Source: Dehalococcoidia bacterium
Lineage (GTDB): Bacteria; Chloroflexota; Dehalococcoidia; DSTF01; WHTK01
Reading direction: 5' to 3'
NCBI GenBank assembly: GCA_965219205.1
Contig: CBDCMQ010000003.1
Location: 256,819-320,818 of the forward strand
Length of the DNA: 64,000 nucleotides
The position numbers were made by a program, and so were the translations under genes. A model generated the notes under the pieces. The model saw only the letters and a list, made by a program, of their open reading frames with translations, had not been told where the DNA came from and made no database searches. This document shows, piece after piece, positions 46,058 to 54,181 of the stretch; the first letter of the stretch is position 1, and every line of letters begins with the position of its first letter.

Positions 46058-46137
46058 GTTTCAAATACCGGCAATGAGCGTGCCTCAGGCACCTACTTGC
46101 CGGGGGGGGTAAAAGACTTAGTTCCATTCATCGTCGC
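46058..46137 (+). repeat. palindromic repeat unit plus module D with G8 tract
   Basis: GTTTCAAATACCGGCAATGAGCGTGCCTCAGGCACCTACTTGCCGGGGGGGGTAAAAGACTTAGTTCCATTCATCGTC. Confidence 0.85.
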
Positions 46138-46151
46138 CTCGTCTTCCCGCC

Positions 46152-46523
46152 CTAAACGTAAGTGTGGGTGATGACTTCCCAACTGTGACGGTCGCTGTCT
46201 TTGAAATAGAAGCCGCGTCCGCCGTGCATATGGTTGATCTTCCCGTCGGTTGTTGAACCAGGCCCGCTGCCAAAAGCCAGCCCCTCAGCCTGAACCCGCT
46301 CCAAGATCGAGTCGAACTCCTCGTCCGAAGCCAAGAAAGCATAGTGATGAGGCTCAAAAGTGTCGCGATTGTCGAAGTCCAAGGAAAGCGTCTCGTTGAT
46401 CTTCACCGGGGCAAAGTGGCCCCAGTGCCCGTTGTACTCGAGTCCGAAGAGGCGGGCGATCAGCCGCGCTGATTCCTCCTTGTCTCGTGCCGGAACGATC
46501 GTGTGATCAAGGTAGAGCGGCAT
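46152..46523 (-). CDS. VOC-family (glyoxalase-like) protein
   Basis: 123 aa. MPLYLDHTIVPARDKEESARLIARLFGL...HYAFLASDEEFDSILERV...GFYFKDSDRHSWEV. Confidence 0.8.
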   Translation of the reverse strand: MPLYLDHTIVPARDKEESARLIARLFGLEYNGHWGHFAPVKINETLSLDFDNRDTFEPHHYAFLASDEEFDSILERVQAEGLAFGSGPGSTTDGKINHMHGGRGFYFKDSDRHSWEVITHTYV

Positions 46524-46537
46524 ATTCTTCTCCTTTG

Positions 46538-46820
46538 TTTGAAATACCGTGAATGGCCGTGGGCCTTCACGGGAGCGTCGGCAGCGTGGTTCGCGCTCAC
46601 GCCGCCAGCCGATTGAAATACCGTGAATGATGGCGGCTTGTCGCCCACTTCACGGGAGCGTCGGCAGCGTCTTTGCGTTGCCACAGTAACGGGCTCCGCC
46701 CGGGCCCTCGTTTGAAATACCGGCAATGATAATGGCTAGTCGCCTGCAAGCCGCCTACTTGCCGGGGGGGGGGGGGGGGGGGGGGGGTAAAAGACGTTAG
46801 TCCCCCTTTATCGTCAGCCC
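46538..46820 (+). repeat. tandem array of three palindromic repeat units (with module B tails and module D)
   Basis: Heads at 46538, 46613 and 46711. Outer stems are CCGTGAA/TTCACGG (twice) and CCGGCAA/TTGCCGG. The third unit ends in G24 plus TAAAAGACGTTAG. Confidence 0.9.
46764..46787 (+). repeat. homopolymeric G24 tract
   Basis: 24 consecutive G counted from the printed sequence. It occupies the position of GG/GGG/G5/G8 in other copies of the repeat. Confidence 0.9.
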
Positions 46821-46826
46821 AAGAGC

Positions 46827-46897
46827 CCATCCAACATACCACCTGGAACTCAGTACATGGCGAACGGCGAGGCCACATTGGCGGTATTTCAAATGAG
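46827..46897 (-). repeat. palindromic repeat unit (tail-to-tail with the 46538..46820 array)
   Basis: The reverse complement is TTTGAAATACCGCCAATGTGGCCTCGCCGTTCGCCATGTACTGAGTTCCAGGTGGTA. The outer stem TACCGCC/GGTGGTA has one G-T pair. Confidence 0.7.
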
Positions 46898-48222
46898 CCA
46901 ACTACCGGGTCAAAATAGCTTCGGCGGGCTCGACCTCGACAGGCCGCGATCGCAAGACGTTGGTTCGCAGGGCGCCGTTGGCGAGAACACAAGAGGACCA
47001 GAATTAGGCCCGCCCCACCTAACGCGGCTCGCAGGCCAATCGCGTCGGCCGCGAATCCAATCGGCGCCGAAGCTACGAATCCGATCGCGGCAACCAAGCT
47101 CCAGACACTACTGGTTCGACCCAAGATGTTGGGCGGCACTTCCATCTGCAGCAACGTCTGGCCGCCGACAATCATCACCGCTAGACAGAAGCCAAAGCCG
47201 GCGGCGGGTAGGAACTCCGCGTAGGCCCAGGGGATCAGGCCGAGCAGCGCAATGCTGAGACCCATAAACCCGGAGCCTACGAAGTAGAGCCGCAGGTTGT
47301 CGCGCACTTGCACCGTCATTATGAAGACGCTGCCAGCGATCGAACCGAGCCCTGAAGCCATGATGAACAATCCCGTGTTGCCGGCGCCAAAGTTCAGGAC
47401 CTCACGAGCGAAGCCGGGCGCCATCGACATGAAGGGCAGGCCAAAGAGGCCTACCATAAACGCCATCCCCATGAGGGTGCTGACCCTCGGAGCTGAAAAC
47501 GAGTAGCTCAGGCCTTCGACAAGCTCGCGCAACGGACTCCTGGCTTCGCCCTGCGACCCAACCGGGGCGGTGTGCACCACGGTCAAAAGTGCGATACCCA
47601 GGAATGCCAACCCAGAGCTTGTGGCCAAAGCAGCCGAGACGCCGGCCAGGCTGATGATTACACCGACGATCGACGGCCAGATCACCTGGGCAGATTGCAT
47701 CTGCACCGTATTAAGGGCGATCGCGTTCTTCAGATCCTCCGGCCCTACCAGGCTGCGGACCATCGCCGTCCTCGCTGGCATCGTCATCGCCTGCGCCGCG
47801 CCCAGGCCGGCCGACGACACGTAAACCTGCCAGGTGGCTATGACGTCTGCTTCTGAGAGCAAGGCCAAAACCAGCAGGTTTGAAGCGGTGAACGCCTGGG
47901 TCAGCAGAAGGATTTTCTTGCGATCGTAGCGGTCAGCCAGGACGCCGCCCCAGAGCGACACCGCCGACATAAACAGCCCATGATCAAATCATCAGACCAA
48001 ACTGGCTGATCGAACCCGTGAGATCGAGAATCAGCCATGCCATTACCAGCCGCTGGACGTTTTGTGAGCCGGTCATCCCCAGGCCGCTTAGCCAATACAG
48101 GCGGTAGTTGCGTAATCGCAGGGCTCTCAACGGGGCCGTACGGCTGGGTGAGGCTGAATTCTGGCTGGACATCGGGGCGAGCATAGCACGGGCTCATTCG
48201 CCCGAATCCTCGGTTACAACCG

Positions 48223-49041
48223 CTACTTGACGCTCGAGCTCCGGTTGTCGACTTCAATCAGGAAGCGAAGCACCAAGTCGTTAAACTCCTGCGGCTTTTC
48301 CCAGTACACCGAATGACCGGAACCGAGCGCAACGTGATACTGCGAGTCATCTAAAAGCCCGTGGCACATCTCGATCAAACGGGCCGGTGTGATCATATCT
48401 TGCTCGCCGACCAGGAAAAAGACCGGCACGCCGGCGTCGCGCAAGCGCTGATACATCGGCACTCGCGGTGGCGCTTCTGGTGGTGGCGGTGGTGGATTTG
48501 GCGGACCCAGGAAGTCTTTGGCCCGCGGCGGATTCAGCCTCGAGATTTGACGCAAGAGAAAGTACTCTTCCGGGTTCGCATTCTTAAAAGACGGGTGAAC
48601 CGAGAATGCGGCCAGGCTCTTGCCGCGCCGCGCCGCCTCCGCCTGATCTCGGGCGCGCCGGACGGCTGCGTCCGCCACGGCCCCGGTAGTACCGGATAGC
48701 ACGACGGCCCGCACCCGGCGCTTAGGGTCTCGGGTGGCTAGCATCGTGGCGGCCCTTCCGCCCATCGAATGCGCGACAATCCGCACGTCATCGACATCAA
48801 GATGGTCCAGCAGCCCGATCGCGTCGTCGCCAAAACCGCGCCGCCCCTTCTCATCTAGATCGATGCTCTGGCCAAACGCGCGATGGTCGAAAGTGATACA
48901 CGTGTAATGTTTGGCAAAGTACTGCACCTGGCGCCACCAACTCAGGTGGTTCCCACCTTGGCCGTGCGCGAACAGGATCGCGGGGCCGCTGCCGTGAACC
49001 TCGTAATAAAGCTGGATCCCGTTAACCGGCGCGAAGGGCAT
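48223..49041 (-). CDS. alpha/beta hydrolase
   Basis: 272 aa with HGQGGN oxyanion region and nucleophile elbow AHSMGG. Confidence 0.85.
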   Translation of the reverse strand: MPFAPVNGIQLYYEVHGSGPAILFAHGQGGNHLSWWRQVQYFAKHYTCITFDHRAFGQSIDLDEKGRRGFGDDAIGLLDHLDVDDVRIVAHSMGGRAATMLATRDPKRRVRAVVLSGTTGAVADAAVRRARDQAEAARRGKSLAAFSVHPSFKNANPEEYFLLRQISRLNPPRAKDFLGPPNPPPPPPEAPPRVPMYQRLRDAGVPVFFLVGEQDMITPARLIEMCHGLLDDSQYHVALGSGHSVYWEKPQEFNDLVLRFLIEVDNRSSSVK

Positions 49042-49115
49042 GATTAGATTTTACGACTTCGTCTGCTAATGATTGCACACTGCACCGGGTTGCACGCGGG
49101 CGTCGCTTCCTCACT

Positions 49116-49290
49116 ATTGAAAATGCCGGCAATGGCCATGGGCCTTGCCGGGAGCGCCGGCAGTGTGGTTCCCGCTCACGCCGCCAGCCGATTGAAATGC
49201 CGGCAATGTGTGTGCCTCTGGCACCTACTTGCCGGGATGGCTTCGCTTATTCGGGACGGCAAGGTCTTTGCGTCTAGCGGCGTGTCATCA
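49116..49290 (+). repeat. two tandem palindromic repeat units with module B
   Basis: ATTGAAAATGCCGGCAATGGCCATGGGCCTTGCCGGGAGCGCCGGCAGTGTGGTTCCCGCTCACGCCGCCAGCCG, then ATTGAAATGCCGGCAATGTGTGTGCCTCTGGCACCTACTTGCCGGG. Confidence 0.85.
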
Positions 49291-49354
49291 TTCATCTAAC
49301 GAAAGTCTCTTTCTTAAAGCCTCGCCTGGTTCAATTCGTGGTCAGTTCTCAAGC

Positions 49355-50947
49355 TCAGGTGGAATGATCTCCGGCGGACTCGGCATCATCGACTCCTGGG
49401 GCACTGGCCAGGGAGGCGGTCTCCTGTGAACCGGACGGCTGCGTGTGCGACGATTCTTCAGCCCACTGAGTTTCAGCCTGGTGCGAAAGGTCCTCGGCCC
49501 TGCCTCGAGGGAAGAAGGCAACCGCGACCAGCGACAGGACGGCAGCGCCAAAGGCAAGGAGGTAAACATCGTGAAGAGACGACGCCAGGGCCTGGCTCAT
49601 CGCCTCTAGCACGCCGGCATCCAGTCCGGCCCGAAAATCCCGGCTCAGGAGAGAATTGACGCCTGTACCTTCGGGAATATTGGCCAGTTCGCCTAACCGC
49701 CTGGACATGCCGCTATTCAGCAACGCGCCCATGACGGCGACGCTTACCGCACCGCCTATTGAACGGAAGAAGAGAGTCGAAGCGGTGGCAATTCCCCTCT
49801 GGTTTCTTGCTACTGAGTTCTGGACGGAGATCATGAAGGCGCTGGTCGTGAATCCTAAACCGAGGCCGACCACAAAGACCGCACCCATCAGAAGGACAAG
49901 CGGGCTCGCGGGCGTCAGGGTCAGCAGGATAGCCGAACCCAACACAAGAAAACCTGTTCCAGCGACAGCACTGGGATAGTAGCCGAACCTAACGATTGTC
50001 CGGCCCGACGTGTAGCTGGCTGAGGTCCAGGCGATGGACATTGGGGCGAGGATTATGCCGACGTCCACTGCCGAGCCGCCCAGGACGCCTTGAGAAAACA
50101 GCGGCACGTAAGCGTTGACGCCAAACAGCGAGGCGCCGCCGAGGAATCCGGCAAGGCAGGAAACCACGATAACCCGGTTGCGGAACAGCGACAGCGGCAC
50201 AATCGGCTCGCTTGTTTGAGACTCCTGCCTGACAAAGAAGGCAAGCAGGCCGGCGGCAAGGGCGAAGAGCGTCAGCGTCTCAAGGGATGCCCAGCCGTAG
50301 ACCCTTACGCCTTGCAGCAACCCAACCAGCAACGAGACAATCGCGCCCGAGAGCAAAGCCGCACCCCAATAATCGATCGTGTGTTCTCGGCGCTCCTTCG
50401 TTTCGGAGTACTGGAAAAGCACCATTAGCAGGGCCGCGGCTCCCAAGGGCAGGTTTAGATAGAAGATCCAGCGCCAGCTAACTTCGTCGGTCACCAAGCC
50501 ACCGACAGCCGGCCCGGCGATGCTAGCAACTCCCCAGACACTGCCGGTCAGGCCCTGGATGCGGGCCCGCTCTCGGATCGGAAAAAGGTCGCCGATGATC
50601 GTCATTGTCACCGGCAGGACGGCTCCCGCGCCTAAACCTTGAATGGCTCGGAAGATAATCAGTTCGGCCATACTTCCGGCCATTCCGCTTAGCGCCGAGC
50701 CGAAGAGAAATAGTGAGGTGCCGAACAGGAGAACCGGCTTGCGGCCGTATAAATCTGCCAGCTTGCCATAGACTGGAACGGTCACGGTCGACGCCAGCAA
50801 GTAAACCGCGAACACCCAACTGAACAGGGACAGTCCGCCCAGGTTGCTGACGATCGTCGGCATCGCAGTGCTGACAACGGTTGTGTCTAGAGCGGTCAGC
50901 GAGATCGTAAGGAGAAGAGCACCAACCAGAAGGGTTCGGCTTTTCAT
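49355..50947 (-). CDS. MFS transporter, DHA2 (EmrB/QacA-like, 14 TMS) family
   Basis: 530 aa. ..LDTTVVSTAMPTIVSNLGG.. and GKLADLYGRKPV motifs. Confidence 0.88.
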   Translation of the reverse strand: MKSRTLLVGALLLTISLTALDTTVVSTAMPTIVSNLGGLSLFSWVFAVYLLASTVTVPVYGKLADLYGRKPVLLFGTSLFLFGSALSGMAGSMAELIIFRAIQGLGAGAVLPVTMTIIGDLFPIRERARIQGLTGSVWGVASIAGPAVGGLVTDEVSWRWIFYLNLPLGAAALLMVLFQYSETKERREHTIDYWGAALLSGAIVSLLVGLLQGVRVYGWASLETLTLFALAAGLLAFFVRQESQTSEPIVPLSLFRNRVIVVSCLAGFLGGASLFGVNAYVPLFSQGVLGGSAVDVGIILAPMSIAWTSASYTSGRTIVRFGYYPSAVAGTGFLVLGSAILLTLTPASPLVLLMGAVFVVGLGLGFTTSAFMISVQNSVARNQRGIATASTLFFRSIGGAVSVAVMGALLNSGMSRRLGELANIPEGTGVNSLLSRDFRAGLDAGVLEAMSQALASSLHDVYLLAFGAAVLSLVAVAFFPRGRAEDLSHQAETQWAEESSHTQPSGSQETASLASAPGVDDAESAGDHST

Positions 50948-51119
50948 GCGCCAATGCTAACGCATTGGCTCTCCTAACCAAGTCACTCCCGGACTTCGTT
51001 TCCGAAGCGTGCTAAAAGTCACCAAAAAGCGACTTTCCGCCGGCTCCAAGAGGGCCTTTATTACTAATTCAAAAAGCTACGGGCTCTAGTAGAGTTAAAA
51101 GAGCTTCCGGAGAAGGTTC

Positions 51120-51566
51120 GTGAAACTAAGGTCAATAATCGCTCCGCTCATCATCGCGGGCCTTACGATCGCGATCGCTGGCTCTGCCTGCGGCGGAGAA
51201 GACACGCCTCAGATCGAGGTAAGCCTGGCTGAATTTAGGATTGTAACAGAGGTCAGCGAGATTGAGGCCGGCGAAGTGACGTTCGTTGTCAGCAACGATG
51301 GCGAAAAACCGCACGAGTTCGTCATCATCAAGTCAGATTTTTCCGCCGACGATCTGCCGGTCGTCGAAGGTAAGGTTCCCGAGGATGAAGTAAATCTGAT
51401 CGACGAAATCGAGCCGTTCGCCGCAGGCAGCACCGAACGTCTCACTGTCACCCTTTCAGCCGGCAAGTACATATTGATCTGCAATATCACCGAGTTCCCT
51501 CCCGATCAGCCGGTCGAGAGCCACTATCAAGAAGGGATGGGTGTTACGTTCCTGGTTATCGAGTAG
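51120..51566 (+). CDS. cupredoxin-like (type-1 copper) lipoprotein
   Basis: GTG start after GGAGAAGG, signal peptide and lipobox (IAGSAC). Candidate Cu ligands are H in EKPHEF, then C..H....M in LICNITEF...SHYQEGM. Confidence 0.65.
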   Translation: MKLRSIIAPLIIAGLTIAIAGSACGGEDTPQIEVSLAEFRIVTEVSEIEAGEVTFVVSNDGEKPHEFVIIKSDFSADDLPVVEGKVPEDEVNLIDEIEPFAAGSTERLTVTLSAGKYILICNITEFPPDQPVESHYQEGMGVTFLVIE

Positions 51567-51633
51567 GCCAGACCAGCGGCGATCACGATCCCTGCCAGGA
51601 GGATCACCGCCACCACCACACAGGGAGCAAGAA

Positions 51634-52527
51634 ATGAAGATCGGCTGCTGCATCGAGGGCTATGGCCGCCCTGAGGATTTCGAAGCCATGCTCGGCAAGA
51701 TTGTCCAGGCCGAAAAGGACGGCTATGAGAGCATCTGGTTTGGCGGCGCCAACGAGCCGTTGATTACCTGCGCCGTTGCCGGGCGCGAGACGAGCCGCAT
51801 TGAAATGTTGACAGCCGTCGTTATTAGTTATCCAAGACACCCCATCGCCCTAGCCAACGAAGCAATGACCACGAACGCGGCTTTGACGGGTCGCTTTGTG
51901 CTCGGGATCGGACCCTCCTCGCGTCCTGGCGCCGAGCGCCTCGGATTCGATTACGATCGAGTAGCAGACAACATGAGGGAGTACGTCACGGTGGTCAAGG
52001 GATTGGCCGCCGATAAGAAAATCGACTTTGAGGGCGAGTTTTACAAGGCCGAAACTGCCACAAATCTTCCCTGGGCCCAACCACTTCCCGTTCTCATGTC
52101 AGCGTCAGCCCTCGGGCCACTAATGCTTAAAGCCGCTGGTGAGGTCTCAGACGGCACCGTGACCTGGATGGTAGGCGTCAAAACCCTGGAAAATTTCGGC
52201 GCGCCGAAAATCCGCAAGGCGGCCGCCAGCGCCGGACGTCCAGAGCCGCGCATCTCCGTGGACCTGCCGGTTGCCGTTTGCGATGACGCCAAAGCCGGCC
52301 GCGAAACCGCCGCGAGCGCCTTCAAGAACTACGGAGCCTCCCCCGACTACAGCCGAATGATCAAAATGGAAGGCTCATGTATCGAGGACGTGGTGGTCTG
52401 TGGAACCGAAGCTGAGGTGGAATCCCAAGTCAAAGCTCTCAGTTCAGCCGGCGCGACCGAGTTTTACGCTTACCCTACGCGGTCGGCGAGAATTCGGCGG
52501 CATCCTTGGCCAGAACGAACGAATTAG
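51634..52527 (+). CDS. LLM-class (luciferase-like) F420/flavin-dependent oxidoreductase
   Basis: From ATG 51634 (SD AGGGAG): MKIGCCIEGYGRPEDFEAML..GYESIWFG...GRFVLGIGPS.. This is a different LLM subfamily from 40796..41710. Confidence 0.85.
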   Translation: MKIGCCIEGYGRPEDFEAMLGKIVQAEKDGYESIWFGGANEPLITCAVAGRETSRIEMLTAVVISYPRHPIALANEAMTTNAALTGRFVLGIGPSSRPGAERLGFDYDRVADNMREYVTVVKGLAADKKIDFEGEFYKAETATNLPWAQPLPVLMSASALGPLMLKAAGEVSDGTVTWMVGVKTLENFGAPKIRKAAASAGRPEPRISVDLPVAVCDDAKAGRETAASAFKNYGASPDYSRMIKMEGSCIEDVVVCGTEAEVESQVKALSSAGATEFYAYPTRSARIRRHPWPERTN

Positions 52528-52560
52528 TCACCAGCCTTGCCGGCAAACTCTAGTAGCTAC

Positions 52561-53008
52561 TTTGAAGTACAGCAATGATGGCGGCATGCCGCCTACTTGC
52601 TGGGGCGTCGGCAGCGTCATTGCGTTGCCATGGTAGCGGGCTCCGCCCGGGCCCTGATTCGCAGGGCGCGGCGTAGATGACCAAAACTCTATCGTACCGG
52701 GCCCCGTCTCGGGTCCAACCGAGGTTAGCCTTTGAAACTAAGGTTAGTATTTCCAGCAATCGTCAGCTAAAATTGGCGATCTGCCGAGCCTACGGACTCA
52801 ACCGGAGGTGAGTATTCCGATCACGGGCGGCGTGACACATATTAACGCCGCCGACGCGAAAAAGCGGAGCGAGCCTGGCAGGTGAGTGCCAAAGGCACGC
52901 GGATTGCCAGTATTCAAACAAAGGCCGGGGGAGGAGCTCGCTACCGTGGCAACGCAAAGACGCTCCCGGCAAGTAGGCGGCATGCCGCCATCATTGCCGG
53001 TATTTCTA
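52561..53008. repeat. repeat-filled spacer: one plus-orientation unit facing three minus-orientation units
   Basis: 52561..52656 (+) is TTTGAAGTACAGCAATGATGGCGGCATGCCGCCTACTTGCTGGGGCGTCGGCAGCGTCATTGCGTTGCC... 52925..53008 (-) is TTAGAAATACCGGCAATGATGGCGGCATGCCGCCTACTTGCCGGGAGCGTCTTTGCGTTGCC... Further minus-orientation units lie at 52866..52920 and ~52805..52865. Confidence 0.85.
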
Positions 53009-53018
53009 AGGAGAAAAT

Positions 53019-53801
53019 ATGTGTCATCCAGAGGTTCCAGCCGGACAAGTCACACCGGAAGTCCAACGCCAGGAAGTGGAAATAATCTCCGCCCGCGGAG
53101 AGCGAATGCCGGCTCTCTTTTCCAGCCCGAAGGGTGCCAGCGGGCCCGGCATTCTGCTGATCAACGACATCATGGGCCGCAGCCCGTTCTATGAGAGCTT
53201 GGCAGCCCGGCTGGCGACCGCCGGATTCCAAGTCTTGCTTCCCGAGTTTTTCTTCCGGCAGGGTCCCCTCGCGGAGCGAAATTTCGAACTGGCTTTTGCC
53301 CGTCGTGGCCAGCTAAACGAGGAGCAAACTCTCACCGACCTCAACGCGGCCATAAACTGGCTCAGGGCCCAGCCCAGCGTCACCGGTGACAAAATCGGCA
53401 CGCTCGGTTTCTGCATGGGCGGCACCTTCGTACTGGACCTGGCGGCGCGGCGCTCAGACCTAGCCGGCGTCTGCTTCTACGGCTTCCCGGCCGCTGGAGG
53501 CAGGGCGCTCGTATCGGCACCGGCACCGCTCGATGTGGTCAACCACATATACGGGCCTCTCCTCGGTTTCTGGGGCGACCAGGACGAGGGTGTCGGCATG
53601 GAAAACGTCGCCAGCTTCGCTCAAGGCCTCGCCGCTCGCGACGTCGACTTCGAGCACACGGTATATTCCGGCATCGGTCATGGCTTCATGGCCGCGTCGC
53701 AGCTCGATCCCGACCACGAAGCCTATGACAAGGCGTGTGATGCTTGGACCCAGACCCTCGACTTCTATCGTGACAAGCTAGGAGTTGCGACGGCAGTCTG
53801 A
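53019..53801 (+). CDS. dienelactone hydrolase family protein
   Basis: 260 aa with nucleophile motif GFCMGG and C-terminal His region (GIGHGF). SD AAGGAG. Confidence 0.85.
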   Translation: MCHPEVPAGQVTPEVQRQEVEIISARGERMPALFSSPKGASGPGILLINDIMGRSPFYESLAARLATAGFQVLLPEFFFRQGPLAERNFELAFARRGQLNEEQTLTDLNAAINWLRAQPSVTGDKIGTLGFCMGGTFVLDLAARRSDLAGVCFYGFPAAGGRALVSAPAPLDVVNHIYGPLLGFWGDQDEGVGMENVASFAQGLAARDVDFEHTVYSGIGHGFMAASQLDPDHEAYDKACDAWTQTLDFYRDKLGVATAV

Positions 53802-54181
53802 TTTAGGCTCCCAAGATAGACTTTGAAGTACAGCATGTTGCTGCGCTACTGCGCTGCTTTTGCAAAACGTTGTTACTTAGAAAGTTGGTTCTGCCTACTC
53901 TTGGTCCCGTCAGACAACCGGTAATTGAAAAGATGATCACTTAATATTCCGGCCAGATTGCAATCTGACGCCGCGCGGGCAAAGCTGAATTGACGCCATT
54001 TCAAGACAAACTTCACCGACATGGGTTGACCGGCTCGCGGGCACGTGTTGTGATTACACCAACCCCCGCCGGATCTCAAACCGATGGCTCACTGGGACTT
54101 TGAGCCATTCTAGGAAAACGGCCCTGTTTACTATATCGCCGTTACCGGTTGCTCAGATTGTAGCCAAGCAGAGGCACGGAG

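Larger units (their letters stand above)
46597..48184 (-). pseudogene. MFS transporter (MFS_3/EntS-like) with frameshift near the 5' end and a 3' end reading through the repeat array
   Basis: The N-terminal 66 codons (47984..48184: ..LRNYRLYWLSGLGMTGSQNVQRLVMAWLILDLTGS..) and the body (ORF 46597..47970: ..SLWGGVLADRYDRKKILL..) are in different frames. They join near ATGATTTGATCAT (~47975). After the last TM (~46965) the ORF has no stop for ~120 codons across the repeats, including the G24 tract read as poly-Pro. Confidence 0.6.

Noticed and set aside
46538-46820. Could the tandem repeat units (also at 49116..49290 and 52805..53008) be a CRISPR array?
   Set aside because: The units vary in sequence and length and abut each other or are joined by other repeat modules rather than by unique spacers of constant size. 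Orientations are mixed and no cas genes are present. This is a REP/BIME-like architecture, not CRISPR.
51541-51633. Longer start (51541) for the LLM gene overlapping the cupredoxin gene
   Set aside because: The extra 31 codons are Arg/Ser/Pro-rich and overlap the cupredoxin 3' end. ATG 51634 has a good SD (AGGGAG) and gives the canonical MKIG.. LLM N-terminus.
53822-53866. Another repeat-family unit downstream of the dienelactone hydrolase gene (TTTGAAGTACAGCATGTTGCTGCGCTACTGCGCTGCTTTTGC)
   Set aside because: The head matches (TTTGAAGTACAGCA, as at 52561), but the stem and inner hairpin cannot be aligned confidently. It may be a decayed unit or a simple terminator-like hairpin. It was left out of the feature list.
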